Shown here: one piece after another, positions 1-9,306 of the stretch | Numbering within the stretch: position 1 is the first letter of the stretch | Layout of the letters: each line of letters opens with the position of its first letter | Origin: a virus | Lineage: Duplodnaviria; Caudoviricetes | Virus record (IMG/VR): IMGVR_UViG_2855946969_000005 | Span: 35,286 to 99,285 of that record | Reading direction: 5' to 3' (one strand) | Length of the DNA: 64,000 nt | Made by a program: the position numbers and the translations under genes | Notes under the pieces: generated by a model | Database searches by the model: none | Told to the model about the DNA's origin: nothing | Seen by the model: the letters and a program-made list of their open reading frames with translations, nothing else

Positions 1-2
1 TG

Positions 3-980
3 ATCGGCGTTGTCGTGTAGGTACTTGGTGAATCGTTCGATCTGCGCAGAGAACTTGTCGAATACCGCGCCACCGATCCGGATTTTCAGGCCGTCGATAG
101 CCGCGAACATGCGACGCATCGCATTCTCGAACACGACCGCGCCAGCCGCAGCCTTGTCCGGATCGACGCCCATCTTGGCGAGACTGTCGTTGTATTCCTT
201 GGTGAGCTTATCTACTTCGTTGCTGCGAAGCATGCGAACGAGATCTTCATGCAGACCCATCGCATTGGCGAAGGAATTGGCCTGATGCCGCGGCTGCTCT
301 GTAAAAGCACGCTTCAGTTCTTCGATAAGCTTTACAGTGCCGATGAGGTCGCCATTGGCATCCCGCGTCTGGACCCCAAGGTTTTTCAGCATCGTCTCAT
401 AGCCAGGGGAGTCGCGCATGTTCTTGGCGAGCGCTTCGACTGACTGAATTGCAGTCTCAGACGATACGCCCAACTGCTCCGCCGCATAGGCGAACGCCTT
501 GAGATCTTTGACGCTGCTGTTCGTGCGCTTGCTCGTATAGTACGCACGCTCCAAGCCGGACGCGATATTGTCCACAGCCGCCGTAATACCGACCGCGGCG
601 GCCTGGATAGCCGCCACCATCGCCAAGGAGCCCTTGACGAAAGCCGCAGTGCGGTCTTCATGGGATTGCGCAGCGCGCTTGTTGGCTGTGGTCTCGGTCT
701 CCCGAGCCTCCGCGCTCGCCTTCGCGGCTTTCGCTTCGGCCGCCTGCTGGCGCTTCAGGTCGGCGATGTGGGCGGCGGCCCCCTTCGTCCTGACGCCGCG
801 CTCGCGGTTGGTCTCGATGATCCGCTTCGCCGCGCCCTGCACGGTCGCCTTCGTGGCGCGCGACTCTGCCACCTCGACAGCGGACGCCACCTCGTCCGGC
901 GCCGCCTTCGCGCGCCGGACGCTGGCCTCATCGACCTTGAAGCCAAGGGCGTAAAAGAAGTCCTGAAGTATGTTGTTCAC
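3..980 (-). CDS. Tail tape measure / lytic transglycosylase-type protein, N-terminal part (runs off the window start)
   Basis: Not in the ORF track because it is truncated. GAGG RBS then GTG at 980: MNNILQDFFYALGFKVDE...IASGLERAYYTSKRT...AYAAEQLGVS, the N-terminus typical of tape measures in DUF3383/DUF3277 myoviruses. Follows the chaperone pair. Confidence 0.8.
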   Translation of the reverse strand, partial: MNNILQDFFYALGFKVDEASVRRAKAAPDEVASAVEVAESRATKATVQGAAKRIIETNRERGVRTKGAAAHIADLKRQQAAEAKAAKASAEARETETTANKRAAQSHEDRTAAFVKGSLAMVAAIQAAAVGITAAVDNIASGLERAYYTSKRTNSSVKDLKAFAYAAEQLGVSSETAIQSVEALAKNMRDSPGYETMLKNLGVQTRDANGDLIGTVKLIEELKRAFTEQPRHQANSFANAMGLHEDLVRMLRSNEVDKLTKEYNDSLAKMGVDPDKAAAGAVVFENAMRRMFAAIDGLKIRIGGAVFDKFSAQIERFTKYLHDNAD

Positions 981-997
981 AAATAAGCCTCAGGATC

Positions 998-1249
998 TCA
1001 ACGGCCGTTGTTCTTCTCTGCGGCTGCATTGGCGCGCGCTTGATTCTCCAAAGAGATATCAATCACCTCGTTCATGCGCGCGATGTCGCAGAGGTCGAAG
1101 GTCCCGTCGAATAGGCTCTCCGCTTTGCAGAGCCCTCGCTCAACGGGGCGCCACATCCACCCCTCTTCGTCGGGGAGGGCGACGGGGTCGAACTCTACGC
1201 CGCCGCTCTCCCGCCGATCGACGTGAAAGCGTTGCCGGGCCCAAAAGGG
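998..1249 (-). CDS. Tail assembly chaperone C-terminal extension (GT-like, DUF6889-like), reached by -1 frameshift
   Basis: LPDEEGWMWRPVERGLCKAESLFDGTFDLCDIARMNE lies in the -1 frame of the upstream chaperone; slippery C CCT TTT at 1249-1243. Confidence 0.75.
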   Translation of the reverse strand, partial: PFWARQRFHVDRRESGGVEFDPVALPDEEGWMWRPVERGLCKAESLFDGTFDLCDIARMNEVIDISLENQARANAAAEKNNGR

Positions 1250-1680
1250 CCGATGTTCTCCTGGATCACCTGCTGGGCGATCGCGAGCATCTCCAGGGCG
1301 GAGAGATCGTTGAACATCAGACCCGCGCCCTTGCGGTAGAGCAGGGACCACGTCGGCTGCGCCTCGCTGCCCTGACGGCGCGAGACCACCGCGAAGCACT
1401 TGTTGAGGACGTACTCCGAGTCCTCGTCCGACATCGCGCCGACCGCCTTGGCGATCGGGATGGCGATGGCGGCGAGGGTATCGGTGGAGGCCTCGGGCTT
1501 CGGGGCCTCGGCCCCCTCGTCCGAGCCATCGGCGGGCGCAACCTTGGCCTGCACGAGGCTCTGGCGGGCCTCCACCAGGGCCGCGACCACAGGCGTGAGA
1601 CGGCGCAGCACGTGGAACTGGGTCATGCCGTCGAGCTTGCCCGAGCGGTAGGTGTGCGATCCGACGACGAACTCGGCCAT
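1195..1680 (-). CDS. Phage tail assembly chaperone
   Basis: MAEFVVGSHTYRSGKLDGMTQFHVLRRLTP; lies between tube and tape measure. Confidence 0.8.
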   Translation of the reverse strand: MAEFVVGSHTYRSGKLDGMTQFHVLRRLTPVVAALVEARQSLVQAKVAPADGSDEGAEAPKPEASTDTLAAIAIPIAKAVGAMSDEDSEYVLNKCFAVVSRRQGSEAQPTWSLLYRKGAGLMFNDLSALEMLAIAQQVIQENIGPFGPGNAFTSIGGRAAA

Positions 1681-1691
1681 GGGGTGCTTCC

Positions 1692-2159
1692 TCAGATCAG
1701 GGGCTGGTCGAGGCCGTTGACGCCGAGGTTCGGGTCAATGACGATGAAGTCGAGCATCCAGTCCAGAGCCGGGCCGGACTTGCTGTAGGAGTTCTTCGGC
1801 AGCTTCACGAAGGCGCCGCGCAGACAGGTGTAGAAATCACCGCTGGCCACGTTGCCGAGGGTCAGCGTGTTGCGCCCGTGGTAGACAGCGGTGTTGGTCG
1901 TCTGGAGCTTGTAGAGCTGCAGGAGCTTCGCGTTGACCGGGCTCACCTTCAGGAGGTGGATGGTCACGCGACCGGCGCGGGTGCCGTGCAGGTTGTGCTG
2001 CCCGGCGCCGCCGGCGCCGATGATCATGGAGGACTTGTCCTCCGTCATGTCGATCTCGATGCCCTCCTCCGCGGCCGCCGCGCTCTGCGCGCTGAGGTCG
2101 AGGGAGCCGAAGGGACCGGCCAGGGTGCCGGTGAAATCGAGGAACGAGTACGCGGGCAT
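1692..2159 (-). CDS. Tail tube protein (DUF3277-like)
   Basis: YSFLDFTGTLAGP...AEEGIEIDMTEDK...GRVTIHLLKVSPVN; directly downstream of the sheath. Confidence 0.85.
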   Translation of the reverse strand: MPAYSFLDFTGTLAGPFGSLDLSAQSAAAAEEGIEIDMTEDKSSMIIGAGGAGQHNLHGTRAGRVTIHLLKVSPVNAKLLQLYKLQTTNTAVYHGRNTLTLGNVASGDFYTCLRGAFVKLPKNSYSKSGPALDWMLDFIVIDPNLGVNGLDQPLI

Positions 2160-2236
2160 GAGCGCGCCTCCTCAGGAAGAACGGGAACGGGTCAGGGCGG
2201 GGGCGCGCCGCGGCGTGGGCGGCGCGCCGGTCGGGC

Positions 2237-3733
2237 TCAGCGGTTGACCGTGAGCAGCACGTCCACGTCGTGGACGGCGCCCGCGAGCTTCACGAGCACT
2301 TGGAACGGCACGGCGTGGCGCGCCTCGCGGTCGGCCTGGGCCTGATCCGCGACGAGGCCGTAGATCACCGCGAAGCCGGTCGCGAGCATGTCGCCGGTCT
2401 CGATGGTGCCGACCGGGTCGCCGTTCCACTGGCCGGGGGCGAGCAGGCCGTTGTTGACGCCGCGCTCGCAGGCCCGCGTGATCGCGTTGGCGATCCGCAT
2501 CATGCCGGCGTCGGTCTGCGGGATCTTCGTGGTCGACTGCGCGAGTTCGTTGAACACCTCGGTCTGGATCTCGGAGACGAGCCAGTCGAGACCGTGCACC
2601 TCGTCGGCGAAGGTGCCGTCCGCCATCACGCCTTGCTGGATGATGGCGGTGTCGTTGGCGTACTGGACGAAGACGTTGACGTTCTTCGCCTTCAGCGTGT
2701 TCGCCTGGGTCTGCGTCAGACGCTCGGCCTTCACGCCCGGCTCGTTCTTGAACTTGAGCGTGATGGTGGAGCGGTTGGCCTTGAAGTTGACCGTGAACAT
2801 CCGCCCGATCAGCGAATTGATCGCGTGGATCGAGGAGGACGAATACTGCGAGAGGGTGCGGCGGTAGCCGAAGTCCTTCGCCACCGAGCCGAGATCGGTG
2901 TTGTTGGTCGGGTCCAGCACCGTGGTGTCGACGATGGTCGAGGCGAAGATGCGCGCGCGCTCCGAGCCCTCGATGTAGGCCGAGACCGCCATCTGGTCGT
3001 CGATCTCGGGGATGGCGTCGGTCGCCACCGTGAGGCCGTACCACTCGGACGAGGCGTCAGCGAGCGCGAGCACCGCGTCGATCAGCGCCTCGGCGGCGAC
3101 GCCGGGCACCGCGAGCGCGCCCTGCGCGGCGTTCAGGCCGAACAGCGCGGCGACGTTCACGCCCGCGCTCGGCGCCACGGGGTAGAGCAGCACCGAGGCG
3201 GTGCCGGCGCTGGGCGCGGTGAGGATGAAGCGGCTCTGCACCGCGTCGAACTTCACCGTGGTGCCGGCGGCGAGCGCGGCGAGCGCCGACTGGAGAATGG
3301 AGGCGACGCCGTTGATGTTGGTCGCGCTCGAGAAGTCGAGCCCGGTGACCTCGCGCAGCGTTCCGTTGATGGAGAGCTTCAGCGCGCCGGTCTTCACCGC
3401 GGTGAAGTTCGCGAGCGCGCGCTGGGTCGGGTTGAGGATCGTGCCGCGCAGGATGCCCGCCGCATCGGTGCGCACCCAGCGGCCGACGTAGAGCACCTTC
3501 GGGCGCGGTTTCTGGCTGAAGTAGAGGTTCGCCGCCGCGAACACGGGCGAGCTCGTGCCGTGGTCGAGGCCCACCGACAGGGAATCGGTGTAGGTGCGCA
3601 GGCGCTCCTGCTGGTCGATGGCGGGGCTGTCCGTGAGGGTGAGCAGCGTGCCGAAGTTGCCGGGCTGCGCCGCGATACGGGCGAGCGACAGCGTGACGTT
3701 GACGATGTTGGAGACGGAGAGGGCCTGAACCAT
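2237..3733 (-). CDS. Tail sheath protein (DUF3383 family)
   Basis: Start reassigned to MVQALSVSNIVNV (498 aa); YFSQKPRP, TITLKFKNEPGV, DEVHGLDWL and KLAGAVH motifs. Confidence 0.9.
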   Translation of the reverse strand: MVQALSVSNIVNVTLSLARIAAQPGNFGTLLTLTDSPAIDQQERLRTYTDSLSVGLDHGTSSPVFAAANLYFSQKPRPKVLYVGRWVRTDAAGILRGTILNPTQRALANFTAVKTGALKLSINGTLREVTGLDFSSATNINGVASILQSALAALAAGTTVKFDAVQSRFILTAPSAGTASVLLYPVAPSAGVNVAALFGLNAAQGALAVPGVAAEALIDAVLALADASSEWYGLTVATDAIPEIDDQMAVSAYIEGSERARIFASTIVDTTVLDPTNNTDLGSVAKDFGYRRTLSQYSSSSIHAINSLIGRMFTVNFKANRSTITLKFKNEPGVKAERLTQTQANTLKAKNVNVFVQYANDTAIIQQGVMADGTFADEVHGLDWLVSEIQTEVFNELAQSTTKIPQTDAGMMRIANAITRACERGVNNGLLAPGQWNGDPVGTIETGDMLATGFAVIYGLVADQAQADREARHAVPFQVLVKLAGAVHDVDVLLTVNR

Positions 3734-4323
3734 CAGGGCTGCGCCTTCTGTGACGAAAAGGGGAGGGCCGCGTGGCCGGTCCGGACGACGCCGCTGGCGG
3801 CGACGAGGTTGAGGACGCTGTATGTCCGGTCGATCTGGCGTCGGACGCGGAGCGACAGGTCGATGCGGCGCACCCACTGCCCGTTGGTGAGGGCGGGGGC
3901 CGCGATGGCCTTGCCGATGTCGGCAAGCGCCATGTTCGCGCGGTAGAGCGCCTCGCGGTTCTGGGGGATCGCGAGACCGTCACGCAGGCGCGCGGCGTAG
4001 CCCCAGGCGTTGGGGCCGTAGAACGAGACGAGGATCTCCACGCTCTCGTGCCGGCGCAGATGGTCCGAGCCGTCGCCCCGGCTGTCGTGGCGAACGTAGG
4101 CGTTGGCGTCGGGGGTCACCTCGGTGACGCCGAGCGCCGCCCAGTCCGCGTCCGCGGGCGGTTGCGGGGGCGGCTCGGCCTGCCAGCGCGGGCGAACCAG
4201 ATCGCCGGGCAGTCCGGTGATGCCGGCGATCGCCGCCTGGATCTGATCCTCGAACGCGTCGTCCTGCGTCGGCTGCGGACCGACAGGCGCGAGGTATCCG
4301 CCGCTGGCGGATGTGTTGGCCAT
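3733..4323 (-). CDS. Neck/tail terminator (tail completion) protein
   Basis: NTSASGGYL...GLPGDLVRPRWQ...SFYGP...RDGLAIPQNRE; synteny. Confidence 0.75.
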   Translation of the reverse strand: MANTSASGGYLAPVGPQPTQDDAFEDQIQAAIAGITGLPGDLVRPRWQAEPPPQPPADADWAALGVTEVTPDANAYVRHDSRGDGSDHLRRHESVEILVSFYGPNAWGYAARLRDGLAIPQNREALYRANMALADIGKAIAAPALTNGQWVRRIDLSLRVRRQIDRTYSVLNLVAASGVVRTGHAALPFSSQKAQP

Positions 4324-4354
4324 CGGCGGTGTCTCGCGTCGGGGGAGGGGAGCG

Positions 4355-4741
4355 TCAGACCGGCTGGGCGGTCAGGTCGGTCAGCGTGCAGACGGCGGCG
4401 CAGAAGCCGGAGCCGTAGGGGCTGAAGTCGGACAGGGCCGAGACCGTGTAGAGCGCGCCGAGGTACTCGATCCGATCGGCCGCCGAGCGCTCGGTCTGCA
4501 CCGAGAGCTTGGTGCGGGTGTAGACCGCGATGGCGCCGCTCGCCCGCGCGCCGTCCGGCAGCAGGTCGAGCATCGAGCCCGAGGCCGGCATTGCCACACC
4601 CTCCAGGGGCGTGCGCGCCGACGTGGTGCGGGTGCGCCCGTTCTCGCCGATCCCCTGCGCCCGGGTGAGCAGGAACAGCGTGCCGGGCTCGGCCGCGAAG
4701 TCGGGATCGTCGATGAGTTCGGAGGCGTCGAGGAGGGGCAT
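4355..4741 (-). CDS. Head-tail adaptor / head closure protein
   Basis: MPLLDASELIDDPDF...YGSGF; synteny in the neck cluster. Confidence 0.7.
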   Translation of the reverse strand: MPLLDASELIDDPDFAAEPGTLFLLTRAQGIGENGRTRTTSARTPLEGVAMPASGSMLDLLPDGARASGAIAVYTRTKLSVQTERSAADRIEYLGALYTVSALSDFSPYGSGFCAAVCTLTDLTAQPV

Positions 4742-4744
4742 CGG

Positions 4745-5299
4745 CTACTCCCCGCGCGGCCGGATGACGTAGGTGATGGAGTTCCGGAGTTGCCCGGTGT
4801 CGATCAGGGGCTTGGCGTTCGTGAGCGTCGGGGCCTCGCCCTTCGCTCGCGCCTTCAGTTCCTTGATCGCGCCCTTGCGCCCGCGGGCGGCGCGCGCCCG
4901 CAGCGTGCGCTCGGACAGCGGCGGGGCGATGCCCTCGTTGATCTTGCCCCGGATGGCGTTCTGCGCCGCGAGTCCGGCCATGTGCTGCGCCCGGATCATG
5001 CCCGCCTCGTCGCCGATCAGCGCCTGCTGACCCGCAAGAGCGTACGCCTTCGTGATGGCGCCCTCCCCCTCGGCGATCCCGGGCGCCATGAAGGGACGGG
5101 CCGGGATGTTCTGCTCCGGCATGCCGGTGTCGTGGATGTAGGCCAGCGCCGCGTTGTTCGGGCGCTCGCCTGTCTCCCCGGGCTCGGACGGGCGCTCGGC
5201 CTTCTCGGCCGGCACGCCGACGAGCACGTCCGTGCGGGTCAGCGCGCGCACGTTCTTCAGCACCCCGGCGAGGCCGGGGCCCTTGGCCGTTACGGTCAC
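4745..5299 (-). CDS. Virion morphogenesis / tail completion protein
   Basis: VLVGVP...NAALAYIHDTG...NIPARPFM...KPLIDTGQLRNSITY motifs. Confidence 0.8.
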   Translation of the reverse strand: MTVTAKGPGLAGVLKNVRALTRTDVLVGVPAEKAERPSEPGETGERPNNAALAYIHDTGMPEQNIPARPFMAPGIAEGEGAITKAYALAGQQALIGDEAGMIRAQHMAGLAAQNAIRGKINEGIAPPLSERTLRARAARGRKGAIKELKARAKGEAPTLTNAKPLIDTGQLRNSITYVIRPRGE

Positions 5300-5673
5300 A
5301 GTTGCGCCCCGCCCGCACCGAACATGCGCATCAGTTGATAGAACTGAACGCCGTAGGGGGTGGTGTTCCAGTTGCCTGCACCGGCGATCGTGCCCGCCCC
5401 CGTGTCGTAGCTCACCGAGAGCTTGTCGATGGACTTCGACGCGACGACGCCAACGCTTGCCGCGCCGCCCTTCGCGGCAGCTTTCGCGCTCGCACGGCCC
5501 GAGACGAGCTTGTGCGCGGTGTAGAGGGCGAGGCCCTGGTCGAGGAGTTCGGCCCAGCGCCCGGGATCGAGTTGCAGCGACGCCTGCTTCAACCAGAAGT
5601 CGATCGCCGCGTCCGGGTAGATCGCGGCGTCACCGAACTCGGTGAAGAGGGCCCGGAAGGTGGGCCGGTCCAT
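5296..5673 (-). CDS. Head-tail connector (DUF4054 family)
   Basis: FRALFTEFGD.AIYPD...LYTAH...SVSYD...WNTTPYG.QFYQL. Confidence 0.85.
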   Translation of the reverse strand: MDRPTFRALFTEFGDAAIYPDAAIDFWLKQASLQLDPGRWAELLDQGLALYTAHKLVSGRASAKAAAKGGAASVGVVASKSIDKLSVSYDTGAGTIAGAGNWNTTPYGVQFYQLMRMFGAGGAQL

Positions 5674-5675
5674 CG

Positions 5676-6125
5676 TCAGGCGGCCCGACGGGCCTTGGAC
5701 GGGGTGGGGTCGGTGGCCGGCTCGGCCGAGGGCGCCTCGGCGCTCGCAGCGGGCGTGCTGGCCTCGCTGATGAGCGCGTGGGCGGCCTCCAACTCACCGG
5801 TCAGGCGGGCGATCTCGGCCTTGGCCGCATCGCGCTCGGTGACCAGGGCATCGCGGGCGGCAACAGCCGCGTCACGCTCGGCCACGGCGGCGTCGCGCTC
5901 GCTGCCCGCATCCTTCAGGCTCTCGACCTGGCGGCGCAGCATGGCGAACTCGCCCGGATCCACGACGCCATCCGGCAACTCCTCTGGCTCGCCGCAGTGC
6001 AGCTTGGTGAACCAGTGATCGGCGTGCTCGTCCGGCACGTTGCGGTGGGTGCCGACCGAGTAGGGAACGCGCTCGCCGCCGGTGAGGGCCAGGACGAATG
6101 CCTTGATGACGTGGATGGTCTTCAT
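5676..6125 (-). CDS. Phage-associated protein (STY1053-like) with coiled-coil tail
   Basis: HVIKAFVL...GTHRNVPDEHADHWF N-terminus; ERDAA repeats; downstream of the capsid gene. Confidence 0.6.
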   Translation of the reverse strand: MKTIHVIKAFVLALTGGERVPYSVGTHRNVPDEHADHWFTKLHCGEPEELPDGVVDPGEFAMLRRQVESLKDAGSERDAAVAERDAAVAARDALVTERDAAKAEIARLTGELEAAHALISEASTPAASAEAPSAEPATDPTPSKARRAA

Positions 6126-6276
6126 GTCGGGATCCCAGGAGGACGCAGGCTTGACGGGAGCGGCGCCCGCGACGGGCCGCTGGCAAAGGGACTAAGCGAA
6201 TCGTGCGTCGGCAAAGGGCGCGAGAGGCGGGCACAGGGAACCCCATGCCCGCCGCCGCAAAGCGCGGCGCGACGGC

Positions 6277-7326
6277 TTACATGCCGTCGGCGTAGGCGAC
6301 CGTCTCCGGGTACACGAACTCCACGGCGCCGAGGCGGCCGTAGTAAGTCGTGATCTGGTAGAGGGAGCGGTACTCCAGCGGGGTGCGCTGCAGGGGCACC
6401 ATCGGGAACCGCACGCGGTTCTTCTGCTGGGTGTAGGCCAGCATGCGGTCGGTGCCGCCGACGCCGCGGCCCGTGAGCCACTTCACCGGCTGGATGTCGA
6501 GCGGGCGACCGTTCTGGGCGTTCGCGATGCAGTTCTGCTTCACGTACTCCAGCACCGAGATGTTGCCGGCCTCGGAGACCTTGCGGCTCACGAGGTAGCT
6601 GAACTTCAGCGGCGCGAGCAGGAGCTTGCTCGGCACGACCGAGTAGCCGGTGGCGGTCCACGACGCGGTGAGCACGTCGTTGATGTCCGCCACGATCTCG
6701 TCGGCGGTCTTGTTGCGCCACAGCGGCGAGGCGGCGGCGCCGTTGGCCACGTTGGAGGCAGCGACCAGCGGCGAGTTGGCCAGACCGAACATGCCGAGCT
6801 CGGCATCGCCGATGTAGACCTGCTCGTCGATGTCCATGTCGTGCTTGATCGACAGGCCGGTGTACTTCTGCGCGTCGATCGGCCGGCCGGCGCGGATGGC
6901 CGACTCCAGCTCGGGCAGGGAGTATTTCAGCTCCTGCGCCCAGATCGGCAGCGGGTTGGCCGTCTTGCCGATGTCGAGCGCGATGCCGGCGATCTGGTTG
7001 GCGGCCTTCGAAGCCCAGGACTTGCCGCCCGGGGTGGTGCCGCCGACCGAGGCGAAGGTCGAGTTGGTGAAGCTCGACACCTCGTCGCCCATCGACACGT
7101 CCTCGCGGAGGTCGATGTCACGACCCCAGGTCGTGGCGTAGAGCGGGGCGTGATCCTCCTGGTCGAGCCGCTCGAGCTCGCCGATGAGGAAGGCGCCGGT
7201 CGAGTCGATCGTCCGGCGGTCGTAGGTCTGGAAACCGCTGTCGAGCGTGCGGGCGCGGACCAGGGCGGGGGCGGCCAGGGTCAGGGCGGCGGCCGAGACG
7301 CCCACGATGTTGCGAGTGTGGAACAT
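6277..7326 (-). CDS. Major capsid protein (DUF2184 family)
   Basis: DSTGAFLIGELERLD...TWGRDIDLREDV...YYGRLGAVEFVYPET. Confidence 0.92.
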   Translation of the reverse strand: MFHTRNIVGVSAAALTLAAPALVRARTLDSGFQTYDRRTIDSTGAFLIGELERLDQEDHAPLYATTWGRDIDLREDVSMGDEVSSFTNSTFASVGGTTPGGKSWASKAANQIAGIALDIGKTANPLPIWAQELKYSLPELESAIRAGRPIDAQKYTGLSIKHDMDIDEQVYIGDAELGMFGLANSPLVAASNVANGAAASPLWRNKTADEIVADINDVLTASWTATGYSVVPSKLLLAPLKFSYLVSRKVSEAGNISVLEYVKQNCIANAQNGRPLDIQPVKWLTGRGVGGTDRMLAYTQQKNRVRFPMVPLQRTPLEYRSLYQITTYYGRLGAVEFVYPETVAYADGM

Positions 7327-7346
7327 GGAGGTCAGGTTCCCGGGGA

Positions 7347-7838
7347 TCAGATGTTGAACTCGAGCTCGGTCACGGCGCCGGCGTCGGCCGGACCCGCGAA
7401 GGTCGTGGTCGCGGGCAGCGCGATGGTGTTCGTGCTGTCGGCCGCGGCCTCGAAGCCGCCGATCGGCTTGCCAGCCGCCGGGGCGGCGATGCGCACGTAG
7501 ACCGTGCCGCCCTTCACTGCCGGGGCGGTGCCGCCGAGCAGGATCGAGATGCGACCGCGGCGCAGGACGTTGCAGTGGCCGGAGGTCGGCGGGACCGCGG
7601 CGCCCAGCGCGTTCTGCGAGGACTGCGTCGGGAAGGGGCGCACCAGCACGCCGGCGACGACGGCGGCGGTGTCACCCGCGCCGACCGGCACGAACTTGCC
7701 GGCGACGAACTTGCCGGGCAGGCCGTAGGCCGGGAACGGAGCGCTGCTGTCGTAGTTGCCCGGCGCGACGTCGGCGGACTCGGCGCGGGTCACGTCGCCG
7801 GGGATGCCGGCGGCCATCCGGTAGAGGAAAGCGACCAT
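7347..7838 (-). CDS. Capsid decoration/cement protein
   Basis: AFLYRMAAGIPGDVTR...GVLVRPFPTQ...GPADA...ELEFNI; lies between protease and capsid. Confidence 0.8.
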   Translation of the reverse strand: MVAFLYRMAAGIPGDVTRAESADVAPGNYDSSAPFPAYGLPGKFVAGKFVPVGAGDTAAVVAGVLVRPFPTQSSQNALGAAVPPTSGHCNVLRRGRISILLGGTAPAVKGGTVYVRIAAPAAGKPIGGFEAAADSTNTIALPATTTFAGPADAGAVTELEFNI

Positions 7839-7850
7839 GTCAGGGGGTCC

Positions 7851-9269
7851 TTAGTTCCGGCCCCAGCGGGCGCGGTTGGCTGCGTTGATCTGGGCGGGGG
7901 TGCGGGCCTGGGCCGTGGTGCCGCCGCCTGCCGCGCTGTCCCGGATCGAGGAGAGGATCGAGCCGGTGGTCTCGGTCTTGGCGCGCTCGCTCGCGGCCAC
8001 GAACAGGATGCGGGCGGCATCGCAGGTCATGTCGGCGAACTGGGTGCGACCGTCCGAGAACGGGGTGATGGCGGCGCGACCGGAATCGGTCTTCATCGCC
8101 GCGTCGAGCACCTTGCGCCGGAAGACGCAGAGGGTGTCCTTCGTCGCCTTGGCGTCGGCCTTGGCGTCGTAGGTCGGAAGCTTGATGCCGGGCGCGAGGA
8201 TCTCAGCGCGGGCGAGGGTGTCGCGGAACAGCGGGGCGAGCCCAGCCGCGTCGGCGGTCTTCCCCTTGTCCTCGTCCTCCTCGGCGGCCTCGTCCTTGGT
8301 CTCGGACTCGGCCTTGTCCTCCTCGGACGCCTCGTCCTTGGTCTCGGCGCCCTCGCCCTCCTCCTCGGAGGCCTCGTCGGTCGCGCCGGCCTTGCCGTCC
8401 ACGAGCTTCTGCAGGAGGGCCTCGATCGCGGCGAAGCGCGCCTCGCACTGAGCGCCCAGCGTAGCGACCGGGTCGTCGTCGCCGGTCTTCGTCTCGGCCT
8501 CGGCCGCGGCGGCCTCGCCCTTCTCCTCGGGGTCGGCGTCGGGCGTCTTCACCTCGATGACGACGCGCTGGGGCGCGGTCTCGCCGCTCTCCATCTCGGC
8601 CTGGGCGGCCTCGATCTCCTCGTTGAAGGCGGCCTCGTCCTTGGCCTTGAACGCGGTGGTCAGGCGGTCCCAGACGGTCCGCTTCGACTTGGGCATCTTG
8701 TGGTCTCCGATGGCGCAGCGGGGTCCGCACCGGCCTTCCTCGACCAGCGCGACGTGGTTCCCGATGATGTTGGTCTGGCGGCCCCGGCCGGAGCCCGCTT
8801 GCTCGTACTCGGCGTCGTAGCCGCAGCTCACCTCGCGCTTGCCGGCGCGGACCGCCGCGATCGTATCGGCGCAGGTGATGACGAGGTCGGCCAGGAGCAG
8901 GTCAGCGTGATCGCCGACGCCCTGGCGGACGTTTCGGACGAAGCCGCGAGCGAAGCGGCTCCAGTTCGAAGGGGTGACATCGACGGGCGGGTGGTCGTCC
9001 GTGACCGGCTTGCCCTCAAAGGACGCCATGGTCTCGGGCCGGAACACCTCTGCGGCGTCGCGTTCGACGGTGATGATCCCGTCCGCGCCCGGCTCCAGCG
9101 GCAACTCGCCCGCGGCGTAGTGCATCTGGCCGGTGCGGGCGATGGGGACCGCCTCGCAGATCAGGAAGCCCTCGGGCGTGAGCGTCTGGCTTGGGCCGAG
9201 ACGCGACGGGGCATAGAACGTCGCCCGCTGCGGATCAGCGTCCGCGCGGTCACGGGTCGGATGGGGCAC
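7851..9269 (-). CDS. Prohead protease/scaffold (DUF2213 family)
   Basis: TPEGFLIC..VPIARTG, SFEGKPVT..HP, EVSCGYDA, IIGNHVALV..GRCG; acidic scaffold C-terminal half. Confidence 0.9.
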   Translation of the reverse strand: MPHPTRDRADADPQRATFYAPSRLGPSQTLTPEGFLICEAVPIARTGQMHYAAGELPLEPGADGIITVERDAAEVFRPETMASFEGKPVTDDHPPVDVTPSNWSRFARGFVRNVRQGVGDHADLLLADLVITCADTIAAVRAGKREVSCGYDAEYEQAGSGRGRQTNIIGNHVALVEEGRCGPRCAIGDHKMPKSKRTVWDRLTTAFKAKDEAAFNEEIEAAQAEMESGETAPQRVVIEVKTPDADPEEKGEAAAAEAETKTGDDDPVATLGAQCEARFAAIEALLQKLVDGKAGATDEASEEEGEGAETKDEASEEDKAESETKDEAAEEDEDKGKTADAAGLAPLFRDTLARAEILAPGIKLPTYDAKADAKATKDTLCVFRRKVLDAAMKTDSGRAAITPFSDGRTQFADMTCDAARILFVAASERAKTETTGSILSSIRDSAAGGGTTAQARTPAQINAANRARWGRN

Positions 9270-9306
9270 GGGCAGGAGCCTCAGGCGAGAGGCCGGGCGG
9301 CGATCC

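Noticed and set aside
5815-5905. Short tandem nucleotide repeats (also 8270-8385)
   Set aside because: Explained by coding repeats (ERDAAVA; TKDEASEE in the scaffold region).
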